NCBI GenBank assembly: GCA_963667925.1
Contig: OY764080.1
Location: 2,961,310 to 3,025,309, forward strand
Source: Chloroflexota bacterium
Lineage (GTDB): Bacteria > Chloroflexota > UBA11872
Length of the DNA stretch: 64,000 bases
Direction of reading: 5' to 3'
Numbering within the stretch: position 1 is the stretch's first letter; each line of letters starts with the position of its first letter. The position numbers and the translations under genes were made by a program. The notes beneath the pieces are model-generated. The model made no database searches and was not told the origin of the DNA. It saw only the letters and a program-made list of their open reading frames with translations. This document shows positions 48,266 through 58,055 of this stretch, in pieces.

Positions 48266-50005
48266 TTGGCTGCGAGTAGCTCCGAACAGCCGATTCAGTA
48301 TGAGCCCGAGGAGGCCTGTCCGCCGTTGATCGCCCTGGCGGTGGGATTCCAGGGCGCTGCCCTGGGGCTCGCACCGATCGTGCTGACTGTGGCGATCGCG
48401 ATTCGAGCCGCGGGTCTCGATGACCGTTATCTCACCTGGGGCGTATTTGCCGCGATGCTGATCTGTGCAGCCATCACAGCGCTGCAAGCGATGCAGCAAG
48501 GCCGATTCGGCGCCGGCCATGTCGTGCTTACCTGGCCCGCGGCGATGTTCATCGCGCTCATGGTGGCGACGGTTTCCGCGGGCGGGCCCGCAATGTTCGC
48601 GAGCCTGATGGTGCTCTGCAGCCTGGTCCAGGTGGGGCTGGCATGGTGGCTGCCGACGCTGCGGCGAATCATCACGCCGGCCGTCTCCGGCACGGTGACG
48701 ATGCTGATCGCCGTGAGCGTGCTGCCCATCGCGTTCGATAGCGTCCGAGACCTCCCTGCCGACGCCCCTCCGGCGGCGGGTCCGGTGATTGCCGGCGTGA
48801 CATTGCTGGTCTCGGCGATCGTGACGATGCGGGCGAGCGGACGCTGGCGCCTGGTGGCGCCGTTTATCAGCATCCTGGTGGGGTGTGCGGTGGCCGCCGG
48901 ATTTGGCGTGCTCGATGGAGACCGAATCGCCAGCGCCAGCTGGTTTGGGATCCCGGCGGCGCCGGACTTGAGCTTCGATCTCACGCCGGGCCCGGAGTTC
49001 TGGGCGCTTTTACCTTCGTTCGCAATTCTGACCCTGGTGCTCGGGATCAAGACGATCAGCGACGGCGTGGTGATTCAGCAGCGTTCCCGCCGACAGCCGC
49101 GGGCTATCGATTTCCGCCAGATCCAGGGCATGGTCAGCGTCAACGGCATTGGGATGTTACTCGCGGGAATCGCCGGCACGCTGCCGCCGATGTCCAACTC
49201 CTCATACAGCCTGACGCTCATCAGTTTGACCGGGGTCGCGGCCCGACGCGTCGGCGTTGGCGTGGCGATCGTGATCGCGGCGCTGGCCTTCCTCGCCAAG
49301 ATTGCCGCGGTTCTATTGACGATCCCCGGACCCGTGCTGGGCGCGTACCTCATGCTGGCGATGGGCATCCTCTTCGTCAGCGGCTGTCAGACGATCATGC
49401 GCGACGGCCTGGACCCGCGGCGCGTGCTGGTGGTGGCGCTGGCGAGCGCGCTGGGCCTGGGCCTGCACGGTCACCCGGTGACGCGCGACATCTTTGGTGA
49501 GGAGCTGGGCGGGCTGGTGGGTAGCGGCGTGACGATTGGCGCCCTAGTAGCCATTGGGCTGACGCTGCTGCTGGAAGCGACGAGCACGCGACGCTCACGG
49601 CTGGACGTGACGCTGGACATGGCGTCGCTTTCGGCGATCGACGATTTCCTGGCCGGGCTGGCGTTGAGGCTGGGCTGGAACGAAGCCTCAACGCTGCGGC
49701 TGCGGTCGGCCGGGGAAGAAACGCTGGCCGTCCTGCTGTCGCAGGAAGACGCTGACGAGGGGGCTGAGCGACCGCGCCTGGTCGTCGTGGCGCGGCCCCA
49801 GGACGCGATGGTTGAGCTGGAGTTCGTCGCTACAACTCGACACGAGAACATCGAGGACCAGCTGGCGTTTCTGACCGATGAAGCCGCCCTGCCGACGGTT
49901 GAGGATCTCTCGCTGCGACTGTTGCGCTACCGCGCGAGCACGGTGCGCCACCAGAAATTTCACGGGGTGGATATCGTGACGGTGCTGGTTGAGGGCATCG
50001 CCTGA
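48266..50005 (+). CDS. NCS2/SulP-like permease with C-terminal cytoplasmic domain
   Basis: About 12-14 TM segments followed by a roughly 170-aa soluble tail; permease-type architecture. Confidence 0.55.
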   Translation: MAASSSEQPIQYEPEEACPPLIALAVGFQGAALGLAPIVLTVAIAIRAAGLDDRYLTWGVFAAMLICAAITALQAMQQGRFGAGHVVLTWPAAMFIALMVATVSAGGPAMFASLMVLCSLVQVGLAWWLPTLRRIITPAVSGTVTMLIAVSVLPIAFDSVRDLPADAPPAAGPVIAGVTLLVSAIVTMRASGRWRLVAPFISILVGCAVAAGFGVLDGDRIASASWFGIPAAPDLSFDLTPGPEFWALLPSFAILTLVLGIKTISDGVVIQQRSRRQPRAIDFRQIQGMVSVNGIGMLLAGIAGTLPPMSNSSYSLTLISLTGVAARRVGVGVAIVIAALAFLAKIAAVLLTIPGPVLGAYLMLAMGILFVSGCQTIMRDGLDPRRVLVVALASALGLGLHGHPVTRDIFGEELGGLVGSGVTIGALVAIGLTLLLEATSTRRSRLDVTLDMASLSAIDDFLAGLALRLGWNEASTLRLRSAGEETLAVLLSQEDADEGAERPRLVVVARPQDAMVELEFVATTRHENIEDQLAFLTDEAALPTVEDLSLRLLRYRASTVRHQKFHGVDIVTVLVEGIA

Positions 50006-50053
50006 TTCCAGGACCGCCGGAGCCGGGTGCGGAATGCGAGACCGGCCGGTGGC

Positions 50054-50620
50054 TCAGGGCTGGCCTTTGGTTGCCAGGTCGCCGAGGTGGATGGGGCCGG
50101 ATTGGATAACGCGGGTGTTGACGCCGCGGAGGCGCAGGGCCTGACCGGTTGGGGTGCTGATGAAGCGAAGGGCCTCGTGGCCGAAACGCTGGGCGAATTT
50201 GGCGCAGCCGGTGTGGGGTTCCTCGGAGATTTCGAGTACGGCGGCGCCGATGGCGAGTTGCGTGCCGACGGGAAGGTTTTCCTCGCTCAGATCGATGTCG
50301 ATGACGAGTTGGTCGCCGGCGAGGGGCCAGCGGTCCTCGGTCCGGGCGAGTAGATCGATCAGGCGGGCGTTGATGATGGTGATCTGGGCTTCGGGGTTGG
50401 GACCGCCGTCGGGCGTACGGGTGCTGCCACGGGTCTGCCAGCTATCGCCGACCAGGCCAGCGTCGACATCAAGCACTCCCTCGGCCACGACCTCGCGCTG
50501 ATCCACGCCAGGTCGCTGAACAATCATCCGGAGTGGTCCGCCGTCGGCGGGCGACTGGCGAATGTGGGCGAGTCCGGCGTCAAGCTGGTCAACGGTGGCG
50601 TGCCTGGTCATTCGGGCCAT
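50054..50620 (-). CDS. MOSC-domain protein
   Basis: QLVIDIDLSEENLPVGTQLAIGAAVLEISEEPHTGCAKF with the conserved Cys; likely start MARMTRH at 50618-50620. The ORF-track 5' extension is antisense to the MFS gene. Confidence 0.7.
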   Translation of the reverse strand: MARMTRHATVDQLDAGLAHIRQSPADGGPLRMIVQRPGVDQREVVAEGVLDVDAGLVGDSWQTRGSTRTPDGGPNPEAQITIINARLIDLLARTEDRWPLAGDQLVIDIDLSEENLPVGTQLAIGAAVLEISEEPHTGCAKFAQRFGHEALRFISTPTGQALRLRGVNTRVIQSGPIHLGDLATKGQP

Positions 50621-50753
50621 TCGTCCTTCTGAAGTCGGGGCCGGGTTGCCAGGCCACGCGGGGTGCGGCGTCGCAAGGGCCTCGGGCCGGCCAATGCCCC
50701 GCCCGACGATAGCCGGATACTGAGCGGCGGCCAACTGGCGTCCGCGGATCAGG

Positions 50754-51971
50754 GTGTGGGCTTTGAGAGCGTTCGACGCGTTTGCGAATCCGGCGTACCG
50801 GGTGTTGTGGCTGGGGTCGAACTGTATTGCGCTGGGCTCGTGGGCGGAGCGGCTGGCGGTGGGCTGGCTGGTGCTGGTGCAGACCGAGTCGGTGCTGCTG
50901 TCGGCGGCGACGTTTGGGGCACGCAGCGCTCCCGGGATCATTGCGGCGCCGATCGGCGGGGCGGTGGCCGACAGGTTTCCGCGTAACCGGGTGCTGCCGA
51001 TCGCGGCGCTGATCAGAGCTTGCGTGATCCTGTTGATGGCGCTGGTGGCGCTGCGGGGATTCTCGAATCCGTGGCCGATCTTCGTGCTGATCGCGATCGA
51101 AGGTGTTGTGAACTCCTTCGAGACGCCGGCCACGCAGGGGTTGATCACCGACATCGTGCCGCGCCACGCGCGGATGAACGCGATCTCGGTGCATTCGGTC
51201 GGCGGACGCGCGGTGGGGGCGCTGGGGGCGCTGGCGAGCGGGGTGACGGCGGAGCTGGTGGGGATCCCGGCGGCGTTGCTGGCGGCGACGGGGGCCGTAC
51301 TGGTGGGCGGAGCGATTGTGCTGTGGGTTCCGACGGTGCAGCGCTCGGTGCGCGACGTCCAGGAGCCCATCAGCCGAATCTTCCGACAAGCATTTGCAGG
51401 GCTGCGGTCGATGGTGGGGATGCCGACGGTGTCGACGCTGCTGGGACTGGCGATCGTGGTGGAGATCTTCGGCTTTGCCTACCAGGCGGTGATGCCGGCC
51501 ATGGCACGGGACGAGTTGCACGTGGCCGAGTCGGGTCTCGGGACGCTGCGATTTGCCACGGGCATCGGCGCGGTCGTAGGCGTAGCCGCGCTGTCGCTGC
51601 TGGGGGACTTTCGGCGGAAGGGGCCGTTGTTGCTGGCGATCACGCTGGGCTACGGGCTTGGTCTGCTTGGCGTCGCGCTAAGCCCCAGCCTGGGAATGGC
51701 CATTGTGCTCGTGACCCTGGTGGGGGCAATGGCGGCCGGGTTTGACGCCATGCAATGGACGCTGCTGCAGGCCACGGTGCCCGACGACATGCGCGGGCGG
51801 GTGATCGGGGGCTGGATATTTGCGATCGGCTTCGGCTGGGTGGGGCACCTGGCAATGGGCGCGGTTGGAGAGGCGTTTGGCGTGCGCTGGGCGATCGGCG
51901 GGGCCGGGCTGGTGGTGATGCTGACGAGCCTGGCCGTGTTGACGCTGGCTCCAAAGCTGCGGCGAGCCTGA
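50754..51971 (+). CDS. MFS transporter
   Basis: N-terminus ALRAFDAFANPAYRVLWLGS typical of MFS; 12 TM. Confidence 0.75.
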   Translation: MWALRAFDAFANPAYRVLWLGSNCIALGSWAERLAVGWLVLVQTESVLLSAATFGARSAPGIIAAPIGGAVADRFPRNRVLPIAALIRACVILLMALVALRGFSNPWPIFVLIAIEGVVNSFETPATQGLITDIVPRHARMNAISVHSVGGRAVGALGALASGVTAELVGIPAALLAATGAVLVGGAIVLWVPTVQRSVRDVQEPISRIFRQAFAGLRSMVGMPTVSTLLGLAIVVEIFGFAYQAVMPAMARDELHVAESGLGTLRFATGIGAVVGVAALSLLGDFRRKGPLLLAITLGYGLGLLGVALSPSLGMAIVLVTLVGAMAAGFDAMQWTLLQATVPDDMRGRVIGGWIFAIGFGWVGHLAMGAVGEAFGVRWAIGGAGLVVMLTSLAVLTLAPKLRRA

Positions 51972-51984
51972 TCAGGGCAAGAGG

Positions 51985-53904
51985 TCAGACCGACTCGGGA
52001 ATCTCGCCCTTGGATGCCTTGAAGGCCAGAATCCGGTTCAGGCTTTCGGCGCTGAAACCGTGCTGGGCGGCCACGAGCAGTCCGTCCGACTCGGTCGAGA
52101 CGCCAGGTTGCATGCGATAGGTGTAGCGCGCGGGTTCGACGGAGTGGTCGAGCTTGCAGGCGAGAAAGCGCAGCCTGTCCTCTCCGTTCAGACGCTGAAC
52201 CAAGCCGTGGTAGTGGGTGACAAAGAAGACGGCGGCGCCAGAGCGCATGAAGGAACGCAGGGCCAGTTCGGACACCACCAGACCGTCCTGCGGCGAGGTG
52301 CCGCGGAAGAGCTCGTCGCAGAGGGCCAGGCTGCGCGAGGTGAGTTGCTCGACGAAACGGACCGCGCGGGAGCACTCGTGGGCGAAGGTGGACTCGCCCA
52401 CCCGTACGTCACCCGGCCGGATGAAGTGGGAGAGGATCTTGTCGCGTGGCTCTAGCGCGGCCTCCGCGGCGAGGACGGGGAGGCCTGCCTGGAAGAGCGC
52501 CTGCGAAATGCCGATGGAGTCCAGGTAGGTGGTCTTGCCGTTGTTGTTGGCGCCGGTGATCAGGACGGTGGGCTGCCGTGATGAAAACTCGACGTCGCTG
52601 GGGACGCAGGCATGACCGGACAGGACGGCAAGTTCGGGCGGGACGAGGCCCTGGATTCCGGTCGGCGCATCCGAGGCTGGATCCACGACCGTGGGAAAGG
52701 TAACGGGGGTTCCGCGGGCCTGAAGGCCGCGAAGGAAGCGCACGGCGGCGGCGATGGCCTTGAGCGTGACCAGCAAGCGCTCGAAGCGGCTGATGGCGGG
52801 TGCGAACTGGCGAAGGTGGTAAAGGTTGTGATCGGAGCGGATCTTCTCCAGGATGCGGAACAGGGTGTTTTCGTCCTGCATAGCGCCGGTGGGCTCGGCC
52901 GATATTTCGACGTAAAGCGTTCCTTCCCCGGCGGACGGTTTGAGGCTCTCCCAGGCGAAGCCAAGGCCTGACGCCCCGGGAATGAAGCCCAGGACGTTGT
53001 TGGCCACAACCTTGAGCAACGGCTCGCGCGAGGCGCGTTTGAAGAAGATAGTGCCCCTGGCGACGCCGTCCGCTTCTTCGACGCCAACAACGCCGGTCAG
53101 GTCGTAGAGGCGAGCAAAGATCGACTCCTTGACGACTCGGGCGAGCTGCCGGAATACCTCGCTGTCCAACTGGTGCTCGAACGCCGAACGTCGCTCGGGG
53201 GGCGGATCCCAGGGATTGAGCACGTCGCCAACGCCGAAGCCGCCGGGCGTGCGGCGCTCGACGGATTCGCCGGTTGACTCGTTGACCAGCGCGTAGGTGT
53301 AGCCCAGTCGACCCTGCTGCGTGGTTCCGCCGAGCAAACTCTCGCGCTTGGAGATGCGCACTCGGCCGGTCAGGCGCACTTCAAGCGCAAGGCGCGGGTT
53401 GAGCTTGCCCGTTGCGTCGGACACTCCCGCGGCCAGAAGATCCAGAGCGTCACGAACTTCGGTGAGCCAGGCGGGCAAGGAACCGTCGAGCGCTGCGCGC
53501 AGTCGGGTCAGCGCGGCCGCGTAGGACTCGAAGCGTTCCAGCGCGTAGTGATAGCCGCCTCGTGCTTCCTGGTTGGGATCGTGTGGCGCGATGTCGAGAT
53601 CCTGGACCACCTGGCGGAGTACGGTGCGGTCCCAAAAGGTTCGAACGACTGCCTGCCGTTGGCGGATGGTGGCAGCGTCGGTTTCGAATCCGAGGATCCA
53701 GCTTCGAAGCTCCGCGCGGACGCGCTCGGCGGCGGTTTGCGGATTGGTGCGCGCGTCGTCCGTCTCGGTGGCCGCGATTGCGTCAATGAACGCGTCGAGG
53801 CCGAAGTCGGCAGGAAGCGGAATGCTACCGGGCTGAAGACCGGGCAGGTCGACGGGCAACTCCCGGCGACCGGGAGCTGTCGACCGGTTGCTCTGTGCGC
53901 TCAT
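51985..53904 (-). CDS. MutS-family ATPase (domain V only; no mismatch-binding or Smr domain)
   Basis: Walker A ITGANNNGKTTYL, DELFRGTSPQDGLVVS, THYHGL; long unique N-terminal region. Confidence 0.7.
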   Translation of the reverse strand: MSAQSNRSTAPGRRELPVDLPGLQPGSIPLPADFGLDAFIDAIAATETDDARTNPQTAAERVRAELRSWILGFETDAATIRQRQAVVRTFWDRTVLRQVVQDLDIAPHDPNQEARGGYHYALERFESYAAALTRLRAALDGSLPAWLTEVRDALDLLAAGVSDATGKLNPRLALEVRLTGRVRISKRESLLGGTTQQGRLGYTYALVNESTGESVERRTPGGFGVGDVLNPWDPPPERRSAFEHQLDSEVFRQLARVVKESIFARLYDLTGVVGVEEADGVARGTIFFKRASREPLLKVVANNVLGFIPGASGLGFAWESLKPSAGEGTLYVEISAEPTGAMQDENTLFRILEKIRSDHNLYHLRQFAPAISRFERLLVTLKAIAAAVRFLRGLQARGTPVTFPTVVDPASDAPTGIQGLVPPELAVLSGHACVPSDVEFSSRQPTVLITGANNNGKTTYLDSIGISQALFQAGLPVLAAEAALEPRDKILSHFIRPGDVRVGESTFAHECSRAVRFVEQLTSRSLALCDELFRGTSPQDGLVVSELALRSFMRSGAAVFFVTHYHGLVQRLNGEDRLRFLACKLDHSVEPARYTYRMQPGVSTESDGLLVAAQHGFSAESLNRILAFKASKGEIPESV

Positions 53905-53981
53905 GGGATTAACCGGACGGGCGAAGCCGCCGAAGTGGATTCGCTACGCTTGCCGACTCAATGTAGCCGTCGAGCCAAGGG

Positions 53982-55007
53982 GTGACAGTTCAGATGACGG
54001 GTGAGACCGAGCGGCCGCCGGCAACGCGTCCACCTCCCGAGGGTCTTTACCGACCGCGGCGCTACGCGGCCGGACGCTCCATCGAGGAAGAGCCGGTAAC
54101 GCTCGACCACGGGCGGCCGCCGGGAAGCTCGGCGTCTCTGGCTTCGTTCGTACTCATCCTGGTGTGGCTGGTCGTCTGGTCGATTGACGTTCGCAATCCC
54201 ATTCCGGCATTCGTGGGGTTCGTGCTTGCCTTTGTCGTCGTCGTGATCCTTCCGCACGAGCGCATCGCGTTCGAGGTCTTGGGCCGTCGGCTCATCCTGC
54301 TGCCGGCCGCGCTCGCGTTGCCGGCCACGTACGTGCTGCTCAGGGCTCGAGGCGTGGACAGCATCCTGGATACGCCGATTGTCCTGATCCTGGTGCTCCT
54401 GCTGACGCCGCTGGTGCTCGTGCTGGTGCACACGCGTGAGCGCGGTACGGCGCCTATTCCGCTGCTGACCCTGGCTCTCATGCTGGCCTTGCCGGTGGCG
54501 GTGATCGGCTACGGATTCGTCGAGCAGCGCTTCGTGGGCGCCGAGCACGAACCTCGAATCATCGACGACCCGTCCGTGAACAAGGTCTTCGGATTTCTGT
54601 CGATTGGCGGAAGCATCGAATCAGTTACGAGCGAGGCTGACGGTCATCCGGCGTCGCTGCTCATCGACAGCGTGATCGATGGGACGACGCCGGCGTGGCG
54701 GTCGGCGGATTCCGGGTTGCCGCAAGACATCACGATTCGGTTGAACCCGCCGCGCGCGCTGGAGCGCATCGTGTTCTACAACGCAGGGTCGGAGCCGCTG
54801 GATTCCTGGCCTCGGTGGGTCGAGGTTGCGATCGACGGCGGAAGTGGGACGTCCGAGTGGGTACGGCGGCAGCCGCTGCGACCGGACATTGAGAATGTGG
54901 TTGACATGCCGGACGACGTAGTGCGGGTGGTGACGGTCCGGATTAGCGAGTCGTTTGGAGACGGGGGCTACGTGTCGCTGGCAGAGATTGTGCCTATCGC
55001 GCGCTGA
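53982..55007 (+). CDS. membrane protein with C-terminal discoidin (F5/8 type C)-like domain
   Basis: Four or five TM helices, then PAWRSADSGLPQDITIRL...WVEVAIDG...GYVSLAEI. Confidence 0.5.
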   Translation: MTVQMTGETERPPATRPPPEGLYRPRRYAAGRSIEEEPVTLDHGRPPGSSASLASFVLILVWLVVWSIDVRNPIPAFVGFVLAFVVVVILPHERIAFEVLGRRLILLPAALALPATYVLLRARGVDSILDTPIVLILVLLLTPLVLVLVHTRERGTAPIPLLTLALMLALPVAVIGYGFVEQRFVGAEHEPRIIDDPSVNKVFGFLSIGGSIESVTSEADGHPASLLIDSVIDGTTPAWRSADSGLPQDITIRLNPPRALERIVFYNAGSEPLDSWPRWVEVAIDGGSGTSEWVRRQPLRPDIENVVDMPDDVVRVVTVRISESFGDGGYVSLAEIVPIAR

Positions 55008-55170
55008 AGCCACGCGAAGGAGTCTTGCCCGGCTGGCATACGTCAATCATCCGTCCGTCGGGACCGCAGGGAGCACTCTGAGTATTCAGCGGCGTGAATT
55101 AGGGGCCGCGCGTTGGGTGGCCGGAAGCCAACTCAATCGTCCGACTTCGGGTCCAGTCGCGCTGGCCTCT

Positions 55171-55629
55171 TCAATCGGCGTCAGAGTAGAAGTGCTTCAG
55201 GTCGATATCGTGCTCGAGGCGGGCTTTGAGGCTGGCGAAGAAGTGGGTCCAGCCGGAGCACTGGTCGCAGGCGCTGGCGAATCCGGGGTCGTCGCGGCGC
55301 CAGCCAGTTTCGCTGACGTGGACGACGGTGCTGTCGCCGTGTGGTTGGAAAGTGAAGGTGAAGGCGGTGCGGTAGTCAACGTCTCCGGCAGCGGGCCAGT
55401 TGCAGACGATGCGCTGGTTGGGGATGACTTGCTCGACGTGGACATCGACATCGATGTCGAGCTCGTCAAAGCGCCAGTGGACGGTGGCACCGGTGGAGAG
55501 GGGGCCGCTGGAGGCATCGGTGAAGAAGGTGCTGATGGCGGCTTGGTCGGTGATGGTGGTGAAGACTCTCTCGACGGGCGCGTTGATGACGCAGGTGAAT
55601 GTGAAGCCGAGGTTTTGTTGGTTGGCCAT
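55171..55629 (-). CDS. SRPBCC / Aha1-domain protein
   Basis: FTFTCVINAPVERVFTTITD typical of the AHSA1 family; likely start MANQQNL. Confidence 0.7.
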   Translation of the reverse strand: MANQQNLGFTFTCVINAPVERVFTTITDQAAISTFFTDASSGPLSTGATVHWRFDELDIDVDVHVEQVIPNQRIVCNWPAAGDVDYRTAFTFTFQPHGDSTVVHVSETGWRRDDPGFASACDQCSGWTHFFASLKARLEHDIDLKHFYSDAD

Positions 55630-55825
55630 GTCGAACGACTCTCGTTTGAACCCGCGGACTCCGGAGGCTGCGGCGAGCATCAGGATTGAGTCACTAACGT
55701 CGGCTCAACTCCGGAGCGATGGCAGGCCAGAAATCCATCGATACTACGTGGAATGCAGTCGAATGATCGCTTTGCGCGTTCCGCTCTTAGTCCTGCCGAT
55801 TGCATGCCTTACGGGGACTCGGAAC

Positions 55826-57100
55826 CTAGGGAAGGACCGCCAGCATGAAGCCCGCGTTGGCTGCAGCGGCGAAGGCGAGGGCTGAGCCCAGGCATAGGCC
55901 ACGGAGACAGTCGCGGCGACGGTCGGCGAGGAAGGCTAGGGCCACGACGAGAGGGACCAAGGCGATGAAGGCATCGCGGGCGTAGATGGACCAGCCCATC
56001 TGGGCGGACAAGTTGACGGCGAGCGCGAGTGCCAGCACGGCCATTCCGGCGCCACTGGCCGCCAAGAACAGCGGAAAAGAGGTGAGCGGGCTGGTGAATT
56101 CGCGGCGGACGCGATAGATGGCGACCGCCGCAAACGGTACGACGACCATACCAATCCAGAGCGCGATTGTGAGCGAGTCAATCCACGTTCTCCGTACCAG
56201 CATTCGTGAGAGAAAAACCCAGAACACGTCGGTGGACGTGAGCAGGGTCCAGGCGGGCCAAGGGCCGGAGGCTGCAGCGCACCATGCCTGGCTCTCTCGC
56301 GCGATGTTGCAGGCAGCCACATCGGCAACCGTGCTGAGGTAGACGTCTGCGCCGAGCAGGTCCCCGGTTACGAGCAGGTTGCGTAGCATCCACCAGCCGT
56401 TGGCAATAACGACAGCGATTGCGACGGCGCCCAGACGCACAGCTGCGGCCCGAAGCGATATGCGAGAGGCAAACATGGCCAGCGGAATAAGGATGAGGAC
56501 GGGATAGGCGCTGGCACGGGCCGCGACTGCGAAGGCTGCAGCGCCGACGACTGCCACAGTAGCGCCGTGTGACCAGTCTCTTCGCACAGCCCACGAGGTG
56601 GCCGCGCAGTTCAGACCCACCGCAGCCAGCGCCCAGGTACTGGCGGTGACGCTAGCGCCCATAGAGTGCAGGCCCGGGGTGAGGGCAAGGCCAGCCGTGA
56701 CAACCGAGGGCAAGTTCCAGTTGGATCCAGGTTGCTGCAGGTTGCGTACGGCCAGTCCAGCAGAGACGACGGCGAGTACGGCCATGAGCGCGGAGAAGGC
56801 GCGCCCAACGCCCAGCACTCCGGCTGACGTCGAGTCGGTCTGGGCGACCGCCGTTGCGCCAGCCACGGTCAAGTATGGGATTGGCGGGAACATGTGAAAG
56901 CGCGGTTCGACAGTGCGCGGATTGACGATGATCCCGGGGAATCGATCAGCCGGAGCGAGTCCACCAAATTCGCGCATGTCTGCGATGGTTCCCAAATGCG
57001 CGGCCTCGTCAAAGTCGAAGCCAGACGGCTGCGTGGCGGCGCGAATGCCGAGCCAGACGGCGCATAGCATCACAACCAGCAGGTATGCGCGGGCGCTCAT
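55826..57100 (-). CDS. hypothetical polytopic membrane protein
   Basis: At least 10 hydrophobic helices; no domain recognised. Confidence 0.5.
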   Translation of the reverse strand: MSARAYLLVVMLCAVWLGIRAATQPSGFDFDEAAHLGTIADMREFGGLAPADRFPGIIVNPRTVEPRFHMFPPIPYLTVAGATAVAQTDSTSAGVLGVGRAFSALMAVLAVVSAGLAVRNLQQPGSNWNLPSVVTAGLALTPGLHSMGASVTASTWALAAVGLNCAATSWAVRRDWSHGATVAVVGAAAFAVAARASAYPVLILIPLAMFASRISLRAAAVRLGAVAIAVVIANGWWMLRNLLVTGDLLGADVYLSTVADVAACNIARESQAWCAAASGPWPAWTLLTSTDVFWVFLSRMLVRRTWIDSLTIALWIGMVVVPFAAVAIYRVRREFTSPLTSFPLFLAASGAGMAVLALALAVNLSAQMGWSIYARDAFIALVPLVVALAFLADRRRDCLRGLCLGSALAFAAAANAGFMLAVLP

Positions 57101-57104
57101 GGGC

Positions 57105-57917
57105 CTAGCGGAGGTACACGTCTGGGTTGAAATCAGGCCCCGGAAGCAGACCCAGCGGCGTGCGGTCCAAGACGATGAGGCACCCGGCGATTAGAGCCGC
57201 GGCAGCTACGATGAGGCCCAAGGGCAACCTTCGACTGCGCGCAAGCGCGCCGGCCGCCAGTCCCGCAGCCAGGATCATTGGTCCAAATGAGGCTGCGGTA
57301 CGAATCGGCAGCGTGTCGCTGCCGATCAACGTCAGAGTCTCGGACCAGACTCCAGCGGGGGTTAGACGACGGGCGACCTCGAACATAATGTCCTGGTCGC
57401 GGGGTAGCACTTCACCGGAAATAGAGACGCGTCCTGCGTCGTAGGTCGCACCGTGCGCCATGCCGACGCGGATGGGAATTGAATCGCGGGCAGGTGCAAT
57501 ACGCAGCAAGACGAGGCCTCCTGTGCCGAACTCGCCCGGACGCAATGGGGGGACGATTCGGGCGACACGACTTTGCGAGGTCCCATCAAGCGTGATCTCG
57601 CCAGAGCGCAAGCTGGGGCCGTGGGGGCCGGCAAGCAGCTCGAGGCGGGCGCGTGCCGTCGCGGCCTGTTGCGCGGGGGCGAGCCACACGCGGATTGCGA
57701 TGTCGCTTTCGCTCAAGCGAAGTTCCTGATCGAGAACGACGCCCGAGTCGAAAGGCCCTGCGTAGAACGCCGGACCGGCGAGTACCGTTGGCACGTCGCC
57801 GTAGCTGCGGAGATCGGGCGCCGGGGCGATGACGCTGAATGGCTGTCGGACCAACAGCACTAGTGCGGCAACGCTGAGCAGCGCGGTGGCAACACCGGCG
57901 GCTGCGAGTCTTGGCAC
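57105..57917 (-). CDS. hypothetical protein with N- and C-terminal TM segments
   Basis: Adjacent to the preceding gene with a 4-nt gap (likely operon). Confidence 0.4.
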   Translation of the reverse strand: MPRLAAAGVATALLSVAALVLLVRQPFSVIAPAPDLRSYGDVPTVLAGPAFYAGPFDSGVVLDQELRLSESDIAIRVWLAPAQQAATARARLELLAGPHGPSLRSGEITLDGTSQSRVARIVPPLRPGEFGTGGLVLLRIAPARDSIPIRVGMAHGATYDAGRVSISGEVLPRDQDIMFEVARRLTPAGVWSETLTLIGSDTLPIRTAASFGPMILAAGLAAGALARSRRLPLGLIVAAAALIAGCLIVLDRTPLGLLPGPDFNPDVYLR

Positions 57918-58055
57918 GTGTTTGCGGCCTCGTCTAGGAGGGCACGAAGTTCGGCGGGAGTTTACTTACCTCAGAAGCCTGACGAGTCCAGTCGACGAAG
58001 TTGATCCGTTAAGCGCGAGCAGTTCTTAGGCTGACTGGCGTAGCCGGTCGCGGGA

